Of a DNA stretch of 64,000 nucleotides, positions 28,496-41,342 are shown one piece after another; within the stretch, counting starts at the first letter, position 1; each line of letters starts with the position of its first letter. This stretch comes from Macrostomum lignano (lineage: Eukaryota). A program made the position numbers and the translations under genes. The notes under the pieces were generated by a model, which had not been told where the DNA came from, ran no database searches, and worked only from the letters and a program-made list of their open reading frames with translations. The DNA lies in contig NIVC01002779.1 of the NCBI GenBank assembly GCA_002269645.1, forward strand, positions 77,087-141,086. The letters run 5' to 3'.

Positions 28496-29299
28496 GCCGT
28501 ACTCCCCCAAAATCCACATGAAAATATGCTCGTATTTTACATCGGGGATGAAGAGGAACTGCAATAGGGTAACCCGCGAGAAGATTACCACTTTTACACT
28601 TCTAAAATAAAGCTCAAGGCTATCAATCTGAACAATAGGCGGAAATCTCATGTGCTTTATGGCCTGTCAAAAATGAGAAAAAACAAGTCACGTGATTCTC
28701 GGGAAGACAAAGGAAAAGCAGGGAAGATAGAAGAGAGGGAAGGAAATAATAGAGAAAATAGAAGAAAGGAAAAAAATGCCATTCCAACTTGCAGTAGTGA
28801 GTACTGTACAGGGGAAGGAGCTCATGTGCCATCACATCAGTGCTGAAAGTCAGTCCTCATCAGAAATGGACACTAAATGGACATATATAAATGGATCTTA
28901 AATTGCACCAGTATTTTTCACTATCCAGAGGCTTTTCACTACTAAAAGTAGTAGTTTTGCAAACCACATGGTTCCATCTATTTTAGAAAAAATCTACCGA
29001 TTATTAATTTGCTACCGATGAAATAAAAAAAATTCAGATTTATTTAGATTTCAGGTTTATACGAGTAGTTTTGGTGCAAACTAATGATTGGTCAAGATTG
29101 ATTATTTAAGAATTTATTTGCGATGTTTTCCGTAGTCGATCTGAATAATCAATTGCGACTTAAAATGTGACTTAATGAGCCCTCTCTAGGTCAGGCCCGC
29201 GAAGCCTCTCTATCCGGCTTCTATCTCTCCGCTCTCCTTTGAAAATTCACCATAGCAACAATCCGGTTTGCTCAAGGCTTGTTTCTTCTCCGCTGTCTT

Positions 29300-29937
29300 T
29301 TGTTCTCTCTCCTCTTTCCCCTCTTCTCTCTCCCCTCTCCTCTCTTCCCTCTTCCCTCTCTTCTTCTCTCTTCTCTCCTCTCTCCTGTCTCCTCTTTTCT
29401 CTTCCCTCTCTTTCTCTTCCCTCTCCTTCTCTCCCCTCTCCTTTTCTCCTTCTATTTCTCTCTCCTCTCTCCCCTCTCCTCTCTCCCCTCTCCTCTCTCC
29501 CCTCTCCTCTCTCCCCTCTCCTCTCTCCCCTCTCCTCTCTCCTCTCTCCCCTCTCCCCTCTCCTCTCTCCCCTCTCCTCTCTCCCCTCCCCTCTCTCCCC
29601 TCTCCTCTCTCCCCTCCCCTCTCTCCCCTCTCCTCTCTCCCCTCTCCTCTCTCCCCTCCCCTCTCTCCCCTCTCCTCTCTCCCCTCTCCTCTCTCCCCTC
29701 TCCTCTCTCCCCTCTCCTCTCTCCCCTCTCCTCTCTCCCCTCTCCTCTCTCTCCCCTCTCCTCTCTTCTCTCTTCTCTCCTCTCTCCTGTCTCCTCTCTT
29801 CTCTTCCCTCTCATCTCTCCTCTCTCTTTTTCTCCCAATTTTCTCTCCCCTCTACCCTCTCCTCTCTCTCTCCCCTCTATCCTCTCTCTTCTTCTCTCTT
29901 CTTCTCTCTTCTTCTCTCTTCTTCTCTCTTCTCTCCT
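29300..29937. repeat. CT-rich polypyrimidine tract (CTCTCCCCTCTCCT-like units)
   Basis: Seen directly; continues at 30373-30515 beyond the RTE fragment. Confidence 0.95.
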
Positions 29938-30372
29938 CTATACAACGCCGAGATGTGGACGCTGACGGCTACGCTAGAGCGGCGGCTGGACTCAGAGCAC
30001 TCAGGGCTGCTCCGTGCGGCCTTTCGAGCTGACGAGAGCGTCGGGACCGAAGCCCTGTACGATCGGGCCAAGCTGCAGCGCCCGTCCACCATCCTGCGCC
30101 CACGGCGACTTCAACTGGCGGGCCACGTGATCCGGTCCGAAGGCTACTGCCCCCAACCTGTTCACCTTGCTCACCTTGCAGAGTCCGTTCAGGCGGGGTC
30201 AGGCCCGAACCCGTCGATACGTGGACTGCCTGCTGTGCGACGCTGGGGTGCCCGACACTGCCAACGGAGCGGATTTTGCTCCCAGGCTCTGCAGCGCGCC
30301 ATCTGACGCGCCCTGCTCTAACTGTGACCTTCGCTTGCGGGGCCGCGTATTTTGCTGTATTTTGTTGTTGTT
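29938..30372 (+). mobile_element. 3' fragment of a second RTE-type LINE subfamily, embedded in a CT tract
   Basis: LYNAEMWTLTATLERRLDSEHSGLLRAAF and RRLQLAGHVIRSE are homologous to 23840-24030; TTGTTGTT tail. Confidence 0.85.
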
Positions 30373-31371
30373 TTCTCTCCTCTCTATCCTCATTTCTCTC
30401 TTCTCTCCTCTCTATCCTCTTCTCTCATCTCATCTTATCTCTTATCTCTTCTCTCATCCATTTCTCGCTTCGCTTCTTTTCTCTCATCTCCTATTCCTCT
30501 CTCCTTTCCTCTCTAATCTGGCCCGCAGCCATGAGCTGGATTTTTTATCTGGCCCTTGAGGTAAAAAAGTTTCGCGATCCCTGCTTTAGGTTCTCAGCCA
30601 GAAAGGTGTCATAAGGGGAGCTACACTTGTGCAAAGTTCTGTTTGTTTTTCCCTGCATTGGCCACGTGCCAAGAGAGGGGAGAGAGGGAATAGAGGGAAG
30701 AAAACGAGAGACAAGGGCAGCGAGAGGACGAATCCGGCGCATTTCAACGCGCGCCTCCCCTCTCGTCCTTCCCTCCCGAGGGTCTACTGCACCGGCGCAT
30801 GCTTACTTCAGCAGGGACCTCCCGTCCAGCCAATGCAAGCAGCAAGCCGCGTGCATGTACGGACTGAAAGGAGAGACAGTCCTCACACTACGCTGGAGAG
30901 GATTATTAAGCTGTGCGTGGTATAAGCGTGTGCGGGAAATTCAGTGCACTACGTACACTACTGCTGTGGGGATTCCAGGGCTGGCTCGATGCCAAGTCCC
31001 GGGAGGGGAACTACAGCATGCAAGCAAGGATCTGCCGGGAGGGCGCGGACTTGCTGACTCAGAGCCCGCCTACGCACTGTGTGCTAAGCTAAGGGAAAAT
31101 GCTTCTTGGTCCTTGCCGGCGAGCATGCGGATAGCATGCAGGAGGATTGGGTAGAACAGTTGCCAAAAATCCTCTCTCATCAGCTAGAAGTGCACGCGGT
31201 TCCTTTCCAGTGTCACTTGAAAGCTATATAGAAGTTTATACATGTAAGTAAGCGCAAGCACATACAGTGGGAGAAGTTACGCTAAGTGCGTTTGCACCCA
31301 AATTTACAAGTGCTACATTGCTACATGTAAGAGTAAGACACGTGTGCAGCATGTAAGCATAAACTGCAATG

Positions 31372-31735
31372 CAGGCGCGTCGCCATCGGGGGGGGGGGAC
31401 AGGGGGACATGTCCCCCCAGTAAAAGCTATGGGGGACATGCTAATGCTTTGTCCCCCCCCCACCCCACCTTGTGACTCGTTGTGGTAATCAATAATTTTT
31501 CTTTAGGGCGCCAAAATATAGCGCCTTCGGCGCCAAAAGTATCGATGCTTGCGGCGCCAAAAGGAATGCTTGCGGCGCTAAAATGAGTGCCTGCGGCGCC
31601 AATATGAGTAAATGAGCGCTGACAACACGATTCTCAAAATAATGGAAATGTTGGAATTTAGTCATGTACATGTACTGTACATGTTCAATTCTTGGTTTTG
31701 TCCCCCCACCATAAAATCCAGGGGCGACGCCCCTG
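31372..31735. mobile_element. 364-bp hAT-type MITE
   Basis: 13-bp TIRs CAGGCGCGTCGCC / GGCGACGCCCCTG (2 mismatches). 8-bp flanks CTGCAATG / CTGCAATA (7/8), the hAT TSD length. Internal GGGGGACATGTCCCCC palindrome and five GGCGC(C/T)AA subrepeats. Confidence 0.85.
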
Positions 31736-32477
31736 CTGCAATAGCTCACTACTACGGAGCTGCTATACACATACATCGATTTGAATTCCTCAGAGCCCTC
31801 AGCTCTGAACAACATTCGCACACATCTAATTAGTTCTGACACAAGTACAACAGTGGCAATAGTCTCAAAGTCACCTACATACCGTATATACCAGGAAGAG
31901 GCAAGACATTCCAACTCAACAAAGGAGCTCTACCAAAAGCCCGAAATGATACTCTGGAAGAGAACCGCTCAACAGCCGAGAACCGTATATCGACATAGAA
32001 AACTCGGATGAAAGCTCGAATATCTGAAACAGATGTACAACTGAATTTAGGTGGATTTATTAGTTGATCCCAGTCGTATTCAACTAATTTTGCGTACAAT
32101 TTCGAATGCTGCAAAAAAGTTTTGGAGCGAAATCGAGTTTTCAGAGTGCATACAAAATGACGCGCATATGCTTAACGAAAATTTGGAAAGAAAAAAGAAT
32201 GGAACAGTCTGTTGATGGACAGATCTCTATCTGCAGGGGTTTCATTGAATGATAGAATCATTGGTGATGCCTTCCATCTGACGATTTTCCAAACAGAGGG
32301 TATGTATAGACTGGCAATTGCAGATTTTATTGATTTTTTTCTGCAACAACAGAGTAAGGCTTCTGTAGGCTTATGCACTGTGTATTATATACTATAATCT
32401 TGCGATGTTTGCAATCATTGAGCCATGAGCATCTACAACTGTCGATTGGCTCACTTGGACATAAATATGTACAAATG

Positions 32478-33018
32478 GGATGTGAATTTAAGAGTCAAAA
32501 TGGAACCTGAAGCAATGGGTCCCGATTTCTCTACGTCAATCTCTTCATTTGGAGCCAAAATAGCTCCCGTTATGCCGAAAACCGAGAACTTTAGCGTTTG
32601 GAGATCTCTATGGGGAGAAATGGGATAAATGGGGGTTTCATGTGATGGAAAACCTTCCGAAACGTCTCAAAGGGTTAACCTCCACTTCGTCAAAGTAGAA
32701 ATCGGTCTGTCTAAAATGTGTGACACAAACCCAATTTGACGTCTGCGACTAAGCGAATTCCGCTTTCAGAAATGATGCAGGAAATGTTATACAGTCGGGA
32801 AAAATCAGAGGCGAAACATATAGCACAAAACACAATGAGAGCTGGGGTGGGGGATAACATAAACGTAAACATAAACATAACAATAATGCCGCTCTTATTC
32901 TTCATACAAACATAAAAAGAGCGTTTATCGTGGTCATCTCGTCATTTAAGCACTTGATTGGCGTTGAGAAACTGGGACCGAATGTTCGGGCTCCATTTTG
33001 ACTCTTAAGTTCACATCC
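32478..33018. repeat. ~64-bp imperfect inverted repeat (32478-32541 / 32956-33018), MITE-like
   Basis: GGATGTGAA(T/C)TTAAGAGTCAAAATGGA... found in opposite orientations, about 80% similar by eye. Confidence 0.7.
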
Positions 33019-34206
33019 TCTTTTTATATATTTACATGGGCATATTATGCCTACATGTAAACAATAACAGAATAATAAATATTTCTACTTAATATATCCA
33101 TTGTCTTCAAAGCGACCATCAAATCCGTCCGTTCAGTGCTTGCCTCTCCGCTGAATTCGGTCTGTGACCCGACATCTGTGTCCAAGACTCCAAGGTCGAG
33201 ACGGTACTGTTGTGCAACTCAAAGACCTGGTCGTTGACCAGAAAATGCCTATCATAAAAAACGCACTTTCAAGCAAAATTTAACGTTTGAAGACATAATG
33301 TTCATACTTTTGACATGGTATGTTCTCATGCAGTTACAACTGCAACAACAAAAATACGTTGTCAGCCAGTCAAGCGTGGGACAACGTCACAGGGCGCGTT
33401 TCAGAGGCCTGGGCGGGAACGTAGGCTGCACAATTTTGTCTTTGCTACATGAGTATAACTGGAGTATAAACCCTGCTTTAATGATTGATAAAAATATGGT
33501 GTAGCGTAGCGTTCGACTGTATGTAAAATGTAGGGCTTAAAGGCCGACACAGACCGCCCCTAGCCTTCTCTATCCTTTTGCACTCAAGCACAGTGAAGTT
33601 TTTTATGCATGCGGCAAGAGGCTTGTGTAGCACAGTTCAATGCAATTAATATCAGATAGGCAGGGGTAGAGAGGGCAGTAAACACGAATATCAAGCTCAC
33701 TCTGAGGGCGGAGCCCCCCAACGAGGGGGGGGGGTGCGTGCCGGGGGTCGAGGTCAAACTTAGTGCAATTCCGGGGCCGCTTGTATTGCTTGAGTGCATG
33801 CGAATGCTATGGCTCTGCTTGCGTGGGAGGAGTGCATTGGAATCAATGTCTTTGTCCTGAGCAGATATCTGGCACCGCCAGCACAAACACAAGCGCCATT
33901 ACCGGTGCAAATGAGCCGGAAAAAATCGCGTGAATCTCGGATTACTAAGATTAGAACACTTCAACAGAGGGAAAATGCAAGCCCAAGTAATTAAAGACAG
34001 GCAGTAATCTTCTTTTCTCTTGAAGCGGGGAATTTGAAGACCCGTTCCCCATATAGGGATCATAAAATGTTTATAGAAAATATGGGGGAAATGCACTCGC
34101 TTTACGTTAGTGCTTTATGTTTCGCCTCTGATTTTTCCCGACTGGATAAAATTTCCTGCATCATTTCTGAAAGCGGAATTCGCTTAGTCGCAGACGTCAA
34201 ATTGGG
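32730..34206. repeat. 97-bp near-perfect inverted repeat (32730-32826 / 34110-34206)
   Basis: Manual alignment gives 3 mismatches in 97 bp. Confidence 0.9.
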
Positions 34207-34514
34207 GATCATAAATTAGCCAGCTTTGCTGCTCTAGACGGAGAGACGGGGTGATTCTCGAGTATTGCAGCATCGCGAATTTTAAGGCCTCCCCTCTTCC
34301 AAGGGTGCAATCCTGTCTTCTCACATTGAGAGTTATTAAATGCATTTTATTGCACCTGCACTGTGTATTTCCGCTCTTCATTCATTCCTCCAGTTTATTG
34401 TCACTAATTTCTAATCATTTCCTAGAACCCTAAGGAAACTTGCAGAAACTCCAACCTCTACCAGTAAAGAGTATAGTATTTTGATACTTCAGTTCTACAG
34501 TATGATAATTCAGG

Positions 34515-34938
34515 TCAGCTGAGATGCCAAGGCTTACTGGGGGAATCGATCAGATGCCAAGGCTTACTGGGGGAATCGCTGAGATGTCATGGCTTACTGG
34601 GGGAATCGCTGAGATGTCATGGCTTACTGGGGGAATCGCTGAGTTGTCAAGGCTTACTGGGGGAATCGCTGAGTTGTCAAGGCTTACTGGGGGAATCGCT
34701 GAGATGTCATGGCTTACTGGGGGAATCGCTGAGTTGTCAAGGCTTACTGGGGGAATCGCTGAGATGTCATGGCTTACTGGGGGAATCGCTGAGATGTCAA
34801 GGCTTACTGGGGAATCGCTGAGTTGTCAAGGCTTACTGGGGGAATCGCTGAGTTGTCAAGGCTTACTGGGGGAATCGCTGAGATGTCATGGCTTACTGGG
34901 GGAATCGCTGAGTTGTCAAGGCTTACGGCGGAATTGCT
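34515..34938. repeat. 30-bp minisatellite GCTGAGATGTCAAGGCTTACTGGGGGAATC (~14 copies)
   Basis: Seen directly. Confidence 0.95.
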
Positions 34939-35723
34939 AAAAAGTCAATGCAAATAGGATTCACGTAAAATAATTTCCGTCCCTTGCTTATTGGGCACTA
35001 GAAGGAGGGCACTAGATTGCTAGCTTACAGAGTGATAGTTCCGTCTCGTGAAACTTCGATCTTATGAAGCGATCCATTCTGTGTTTCCAGATCTAAAACG
35101 ACTACCAAAGAAAGAAAGTGACAGAATCGTGTTCCAGCTGTTGTATACAAAACAGTTTGGCAGGTGCCTGTCGGATCTGCTGAAATGGGCGTGCAGTATT
35201 TGAATTCGGATTGGCTTTCCTTTCCAAGCTATTTTTAGCACCACCCGCGTGCCGTGCGTCATGCTGCGGGGATTCCCAGCCAGCCACCCCACTCCAACAA
35301 AAGAGGGGTGGGGCACAGCCTGTGCACTCGCATTGGTAGGCAAGGAGAGCCTTTTAAGGCCAAACAGAGACGGAGAGAAGCGAGTTCTGATCTGACTTAC
35401 AATGCTTTAGCCTCAGCCATGCCGCCTATATTAGTGGAGATGCGGTGAGAAACTAATGCTTTACAGAAATCGAAAATGCTTTAAAGAATGCTTTACAGTC
35501 CGATTTGCAGACATTTCTTCGTTTGTCCAGCTGAGTGAAAAAGTCCAAAACCGCTGGTAAGTTTCTTCTGCTTTGCTTACATAGTATTCATACCAAAAAA
35601 TTGATACCGATGACAAACTTATTGATCTTCACGATAGATTGCATGAGATCGAAGCATTTATTTAGATTTGTTATATCTTGCTGGTTAGTGATTTTAGATT
35701 TTAGGCGATTTTACGTCAGTTAA

Positions 35724-37350
35724 GGAGATAGGAGATGATTTCCCGGAGTTCAGGAGACATGAGATGATTTCCCGGAGTTCAGGAGACAGGAGATGATTTC
35801 CCGGAGTTCACGGGAGACAGGAGATGATTTCCCGGAGTTCAGGAGACAGGAGATGATTTCCCGGAGTTCAGGAGACAGGAGATGATTTCCCGGAGTTCAG
35901 GAGACAGGAGATGATTTCCCGGAGTTCAGGAGACAGGAGATGATTTCCCGAAGCTCAGGAGACATGAGATGATTTCCCGGAGCTCAGGAGACATGAGATG
36001 ATTTCCCGGAGTTCAGGAGACAGGAGATGATTTCCCGGAGTTCAGGAGACAGGAGATGATTTCCCGGAGCTCAGGAGACAGGAGATGATTTCCCGGAGCT
36101 CAGGAGACATGAGATGATTTCCCGGAGTTCAGGAGACAGGAGATGATTTCCCGGAGTTCAGGAGACATGAGATGATTTCCCGGAGTTCAGGAGACAGGAG
36201 ATGATTTCCCGGAGCTCAGGAGACATGAGATGATTTCCCGGAGCTCAGGAGACATGAGATGATTTCCCGGAGCTCAGGAGACATGAGATGATTTCCCGGA
36301 GCTCAGGAGACATGAGATGATTTCCCAAAGTTCAGGGGACAGGAGATGATTTCCCGGAGTTCACGGGAGACAGGAGATGATTTCCCGAAGTTCTGGGGAC
36401 AGGAAATGATTTCCCGGAGTTCAGGAGACAGGAAATGATTTCCCGGAGTTTAGGAGACAGGAGATGATTTCCCGGAGTTTACGGGAGACAGGAGATGATT
36501 TCCCGGAGCTCAGGAGACATGAGATGATTTCCCGGAGTTCAGGAGACAGGAGATGATTTCCCGGAGCTCAGGAGACATGAGATGATTTCCCGGAGCTCAG
36601 GAGACATGAGATGATTTCCCGGAGCTCAGGAGACATGAGATGATTTCCCGGAGCTCAGGAGACATGAGATGATTTCCCGGAGCTCAGGAGACATGAGATG
36701 ATTTCCCGGAGCTCAGGAGACATGAGATGATTTCCCGGAGCTCAGGAGACATGAGATGATTTCCCAAAGTTCAGGAGACAGGAGATGATTTCCCGGAGTT
36801 CACGGGAGATGATTTCCCAGAGTTCAGGAGACAGGAGATGATTTCCCAGAGTTCAGGAGACAGGAGATGATTTCCCGGAGTTCAGGAGACAGGAGATGAT
36901 TTCCCGGAGTTCACGGGAGACAGGAGATGATTTCCCGGAGTTCACGGGAGACAGGAGATGATTTCCCGGAGTTCACGGGAGACAGGAGATGATTTCCCGG
37001 AGTTCACGGGAGACAGGAGATGATTTCCCAGAGTTCAGGAGACAGGAGATGATTTCCCAGAGTTCAGGAGACAGGAGATGATTTCCCGGAGTTCAGGAGA
37101 CAGGAGATGATTTCCCGGAGTTCACGGGAGACAGGAGATGATTTCCCGGAGTTCACGGGAGACAGGAGATGATTTCCCGGAGTTCACGGGAGACAGGAGA
37201 TGATTTCCCGGAGTTCACGGGAGACAGGAGATGATTTCCCAGAGTTCAGGAGACGGGGGGATGATTTCCTGGAGTTTAGGAGACGGGAGATAATTTCCTA
37301 GACTTCAGGAGACAGGAGATGATTTCCCGGAGTTCAGGAGAGAGGAGATC
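35724..37350. repeat. 29-bp (some 31-bp) minisatellite GGAGACAGGAGATGATTTCCCGGAGTTCA (~55 copies)
   Basis: Seen directly; variant blocks (CATGA/GCTC, ACGG) cluster along the array. Confidence 0.97.
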
Positions 37351-37741
37351 TCATCATCACTTAGTTTATCAGGTCTGTCCTACTGGTAAGATCACGGCAG
37401 ACGTCTGACTAATTAACTGATGGTGCAGCACGTTCGAAGTTGTGCGCTTGGCTATAAATAATTTATTATAATGCTCAATTTTAGAACGGTTGCTATCTTC
37501 GTTCTGTCTGCTGGCTCGCCGTCTTCGTGCTTCGGATGTGAGGACAGATATGTTTACCCGCTGCAGTGACGTGAGTAACAGATGATAAATCAACTTCTTA
37601 TCTCAACATCCTCATTTGTGCAGAATGCTAGCCGGAAGTATGGCCGATTGTGTCCTGGTCTGTCGCATTCGATTTACGGATATTTCACTGCTGATTTACT
37701 AGCTGTACGGGCTAGGATCTGATGCAAATTTTGCATGTAAC

Positions 37742-38922
37742 CAGGGGCGTCCTCACAGTGCCTACATGGCATTGCTTCCCGCTATGGAAATTCAGGATTT
37801 TGCTTCAGGGCGCTAAAATGAGTATCTGTGGCGCTAAAATGAGTGCCTGCTTTGGCGCCTAAATGAGTGCCCGGCTGCAGCGCCAAAATGAGTGCCTGCA
37901 GCGCCAAAATGAGTGCCTGCAGCGGCAAAATGAGTGCCTGCAGCGCCAAAATGAGTGCCTGCAGCGCCAAAATGAGTGCCTGCAGAGCCAAAATGAGTGC
38001 CTACAGAGCCAAAATGAGTGCCTGCAGAGCCAAAATGAGTGCCTGCAGAGCCAAAATGAGTGCCTCCAGAGCCAAAATGAGTGCCTGCAGCGCCAAAATG
38101 AGTGCCTATAGCGCCAAAATGAGTGCCCGGCTGCGACGCTAAATGAGTGCCTATAGCGCCAAAATGAGGGCCTGCAGCGCCAAAATGAGTGCCTGCAGAG
38201 CCAAAATGAGTGCCTCCAGAGCCAAAATGAGTGCCTGCAGCGCCAAAATGAGTGCCTATAGCGCCAAAATGAGTGCCCGGCTGCGACGCTAAATGAGTGC
38301 CTATAGCGCCAAAATGAGTGCCTGCAGCGCCAAAATGAGGGCCTGCAGCGCCAAAATGGGTGCCTGCAGCGCCAAAATGAGTGCCTGCAGCGCCAAAATG
38401 AGTGCCTGCAGAGCCAAAATGAGTGCCTGGCTGCGGCGCTAAATGAGTGCCTGTGGCACCAAAATGAGTGCCTGCAGAGCCAAAATGAGTACCTGCAGAG
38501 CCAAAATGAGTGCCTGCAAAGCCAAAATGAGTGCCTGCAGAGCCAAAATGAGTGCCTGCAAAGCCAAAATGAGTGCCTGCAGAGCCAAAATGAGTGCCTG
38601 CAGAGCCAAAATGAGTGCCTGCAGAGCCAAAATGAGTGCCTGGCTGCGGCGCTAAATGAGTGCCTGTGGCACCAAAATGGGTGCCTGCAGCGCCAAAATG
38701 AGTGCCTGCAGCGCCAAAATGAGTGCCTGGCTGCGGCGCTAAATGAGTGCCTGTGGCACCAAAATGAGTGCCTGCAGAGCCAAAATGAGTGCCTGCAGAG
38801 CCAAAATGAGTGCCTGGCTGCGGCGCAAAAAATCAGTACTAACAGCACGGCTTCTCAAAACACAATGAAGGAGAATTTTTCGTTTAGAATTCCTGGTCCC
38901 CCACCATAAATTCCATGGCGAT
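37742..38922. mobile_element. Second member of the 31372 hAT-MITE family with its internal 21-bp unit expanded to ~48 copies (37808-38828)
   Basis: Left end CAGGGGCGTCC. Unit GCGCCAAAATGAGTGCCTGCA matches 31590-31610. Post-array ACAGCACGGCTTCTCAAAA and GTCCCCCACCATAAATTCCATGGCG match 31623-31640 and 31700-31728. Outer right TIR missing. Confidence 0.85.
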
Positions 38923-41342
38923 ATAAAAATAATCAAGTGCATGGTTCAACCAGAAGAGTCTGCAACAAACTGGTAGGGATTTTCCCACACTTCTTGTGTG
39001 ACTGAAAGCAAACCGGCACTGCAGAGGCTGGTCTGGAGACCGTCAAGCATTGAATTAAAGCGGTTTCAGCTACAGCCAGATTAAAAGCCTACAATAGACT
39101 GGCAGCAAGATGCTACAGAGAAAGTCGAAGCAGGCAGAGGCTTTTTGGCTGGCACGGATGCGGGACGGCGAGTCAGAGGCTGCACACTTGGCACTTTTGC
39201 CCCCCAGATTCTGGACAGCGCGGCTGTGGGAGGATGGAGCCTGGCTGTGAGCCAAGATAAGAGAGCTCAGCTATCGAGCGTGTGTGTAGGAGCAGGGCTC
39301 GGGTATATTGTAGCCAAGCCTAAGCTGGCTTACCCAGTATCTGGGCCAAACGTTTCTACGATGTTGCTCGCTTGCATTCGCTCCCGCATGGCGGCTTGGC
39401 TCTCCGGCTCCGTCTTTCATTCGCAGATTATGAAGCAGAAAGATATAATTGTGTATTAACGAGTATTCCTGATCAGTATTTAAAATATTGAATACAATAT
39501 CTAGGCAATCCAAGAGTTAAATTGGTTTTCAATGAGAGTTGCTTTCAATTTTTTAGCCTGAAACCACCACTCATTGCAGTTCACGGAGGCTGGCCCGCTA
39601 CATCCGCCACGATGACGCATTCTCGGCGCACAGTAGCTGTTTTTATGACTCCTTTCTTAGAAAACAATTGGATCTATCATTAAGTAGCCTAGCTGTGTTC
39701 TCGCTGTTCACTAATCAAATTATTGGCATGTAACACTAATAATTATGTTTGTTCATAGTTTGCAGTGTCTAAAAATGAAATCAGAAAAAATGTTGCCTAT
39801 TATCTCAGTATTGCCTTTTCCCCTCTCTGTATATTGAAAAATCATTTCTGTAATTTAAAATTGTACGCCCGGACCGCTGCATGCTCGCAAGTGCCGGAAT
39901 CCCAGAACATGCTATACCTCTGTGACTCACCTGTGCTCTACCAAGCAGGCTATTTCATTTTGGCGCCTCAGAGCTGTCTCCACAGGCCCCACTATGGACT
40001 GCTTGGCAACCGGGTGGAGCCTTGTAAATTCTGCACCCCAACAATTATGAAATTTGCTTTCTGTTTATCGGGTACAACTCGATAGCTCCAATACGGTATT
40101 GTCGTTTTGTAGCACTTATTAAAGCAGTTGCTCCTTACTCTGCTTTCATTTTGCAGCAAAAGTCCTAACTTTTGTTTGTTTGTTTGTTATTTTGTTTATC
40201 TGACTAGCTTTCACGCTGCTGTTCTGTCTTTTGTCTTGGCCCAACGTAGATTCACTATTTTGAGCATGCCGGCCTGCACTGCCGTCAGTTGGCCACTTGG
40301 TTTGTCACTTAGAAATACAGAATATCGACGGGCTTGTGGAGTCTGTCCACTGTTCAGTATGCAGTTTATAGTAACTCAACACTTCTCTTTTATTGCTTTA
40401 ATCTGCCTCTCGCAACCCGAATCTACCTCTTACTCAAATCTACATTTTACCCAATTCTACCGCTTACCTAGTTCTACCGCTTACCCGAATCTACCGCTTA
40501 TCCGAATCTACCTTTTACTCGTATCTACCTTTTCAGATACGAGTTAAAATTTCACAAAACTTGTGATTAATAATGGTTCGTAAAGTACCAGCAGGTCTAC
40601 CATATCAAATTTAATTAGTTTACAAGCGGGTTTAAAACATAAGCTTTAATTTACAATTCAAAACAAAAATACAAGTTTGAATCTAACTATTCTACTGATT
40701 TCAGTAGGGTACTGAGAAAAATACGCTGAAAATGACTAAAGATATGATCGTGATCTATAATAAAACTAATAACCCTACCACAATGATCCATGAAGATTGG
40801 GGAATTAACGCATTGGTATTCCTTCCTGAGCAGCTGGGCTTACCACAACTGAGCAAAATAGGGAATTAATTATTTCAGCATTTCATCCCCTTCCAAGCAG
40901 CCAGATTCCAGCGTTCGTAATCCCCTCAGCTGCTTGGGCCTTTTGGACTGCTCCCGCCTGCCATTCAATTCTGCTCTGCATTGTTCTCAAGCCGGAAATT
41001 CGCCACATCTGCCACAGGAATAAACCTTACTGGCCTCGGGCAGACAGCCTTGAAAAGCCCAGCAAAAATGCGGGATAGGCGCTTTGCAATAAATGACCGC
41101 ACGCTGAGTTGTACGCTTGCCCAACTATCTAGAGATGAAAACTACATGTATCTAGAGATGAAAATGTGTTTCAGTGAACACAGAAAACTGAACGAGTGGG
41201 TGGGCCAAAAGATTGCGATGCAATTACATGTACCATTTACATGTACATGCAGTCTTAGTGAGCGCTGCATGATGAATGGGGAAGAAATTTCTAGCAAGAT
41301 AAGGACGGAGAGGTACAAGTACATGTACGGAGAGTGGAAATA

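Noticed and set aside
27976-28651. Cys/Leu-rich and Lys/Gln-rich ORFs
   Set aside because: Translations of the 14-bp minisatellite.
29239-30306. 355-aa Ser/Pro/Leu ORF fused to RT-like C-terminus
   Set aside because: A stop-free CT tract running into a LINE fragment; TTG start; no evidence of a chimeric gene.
30627-31154. 175-aa ORF in a GC-richer island
   Set aside because: No recognisable motif, no clear splice signals, TTG/GTG-type start; more like regulatory DNA.
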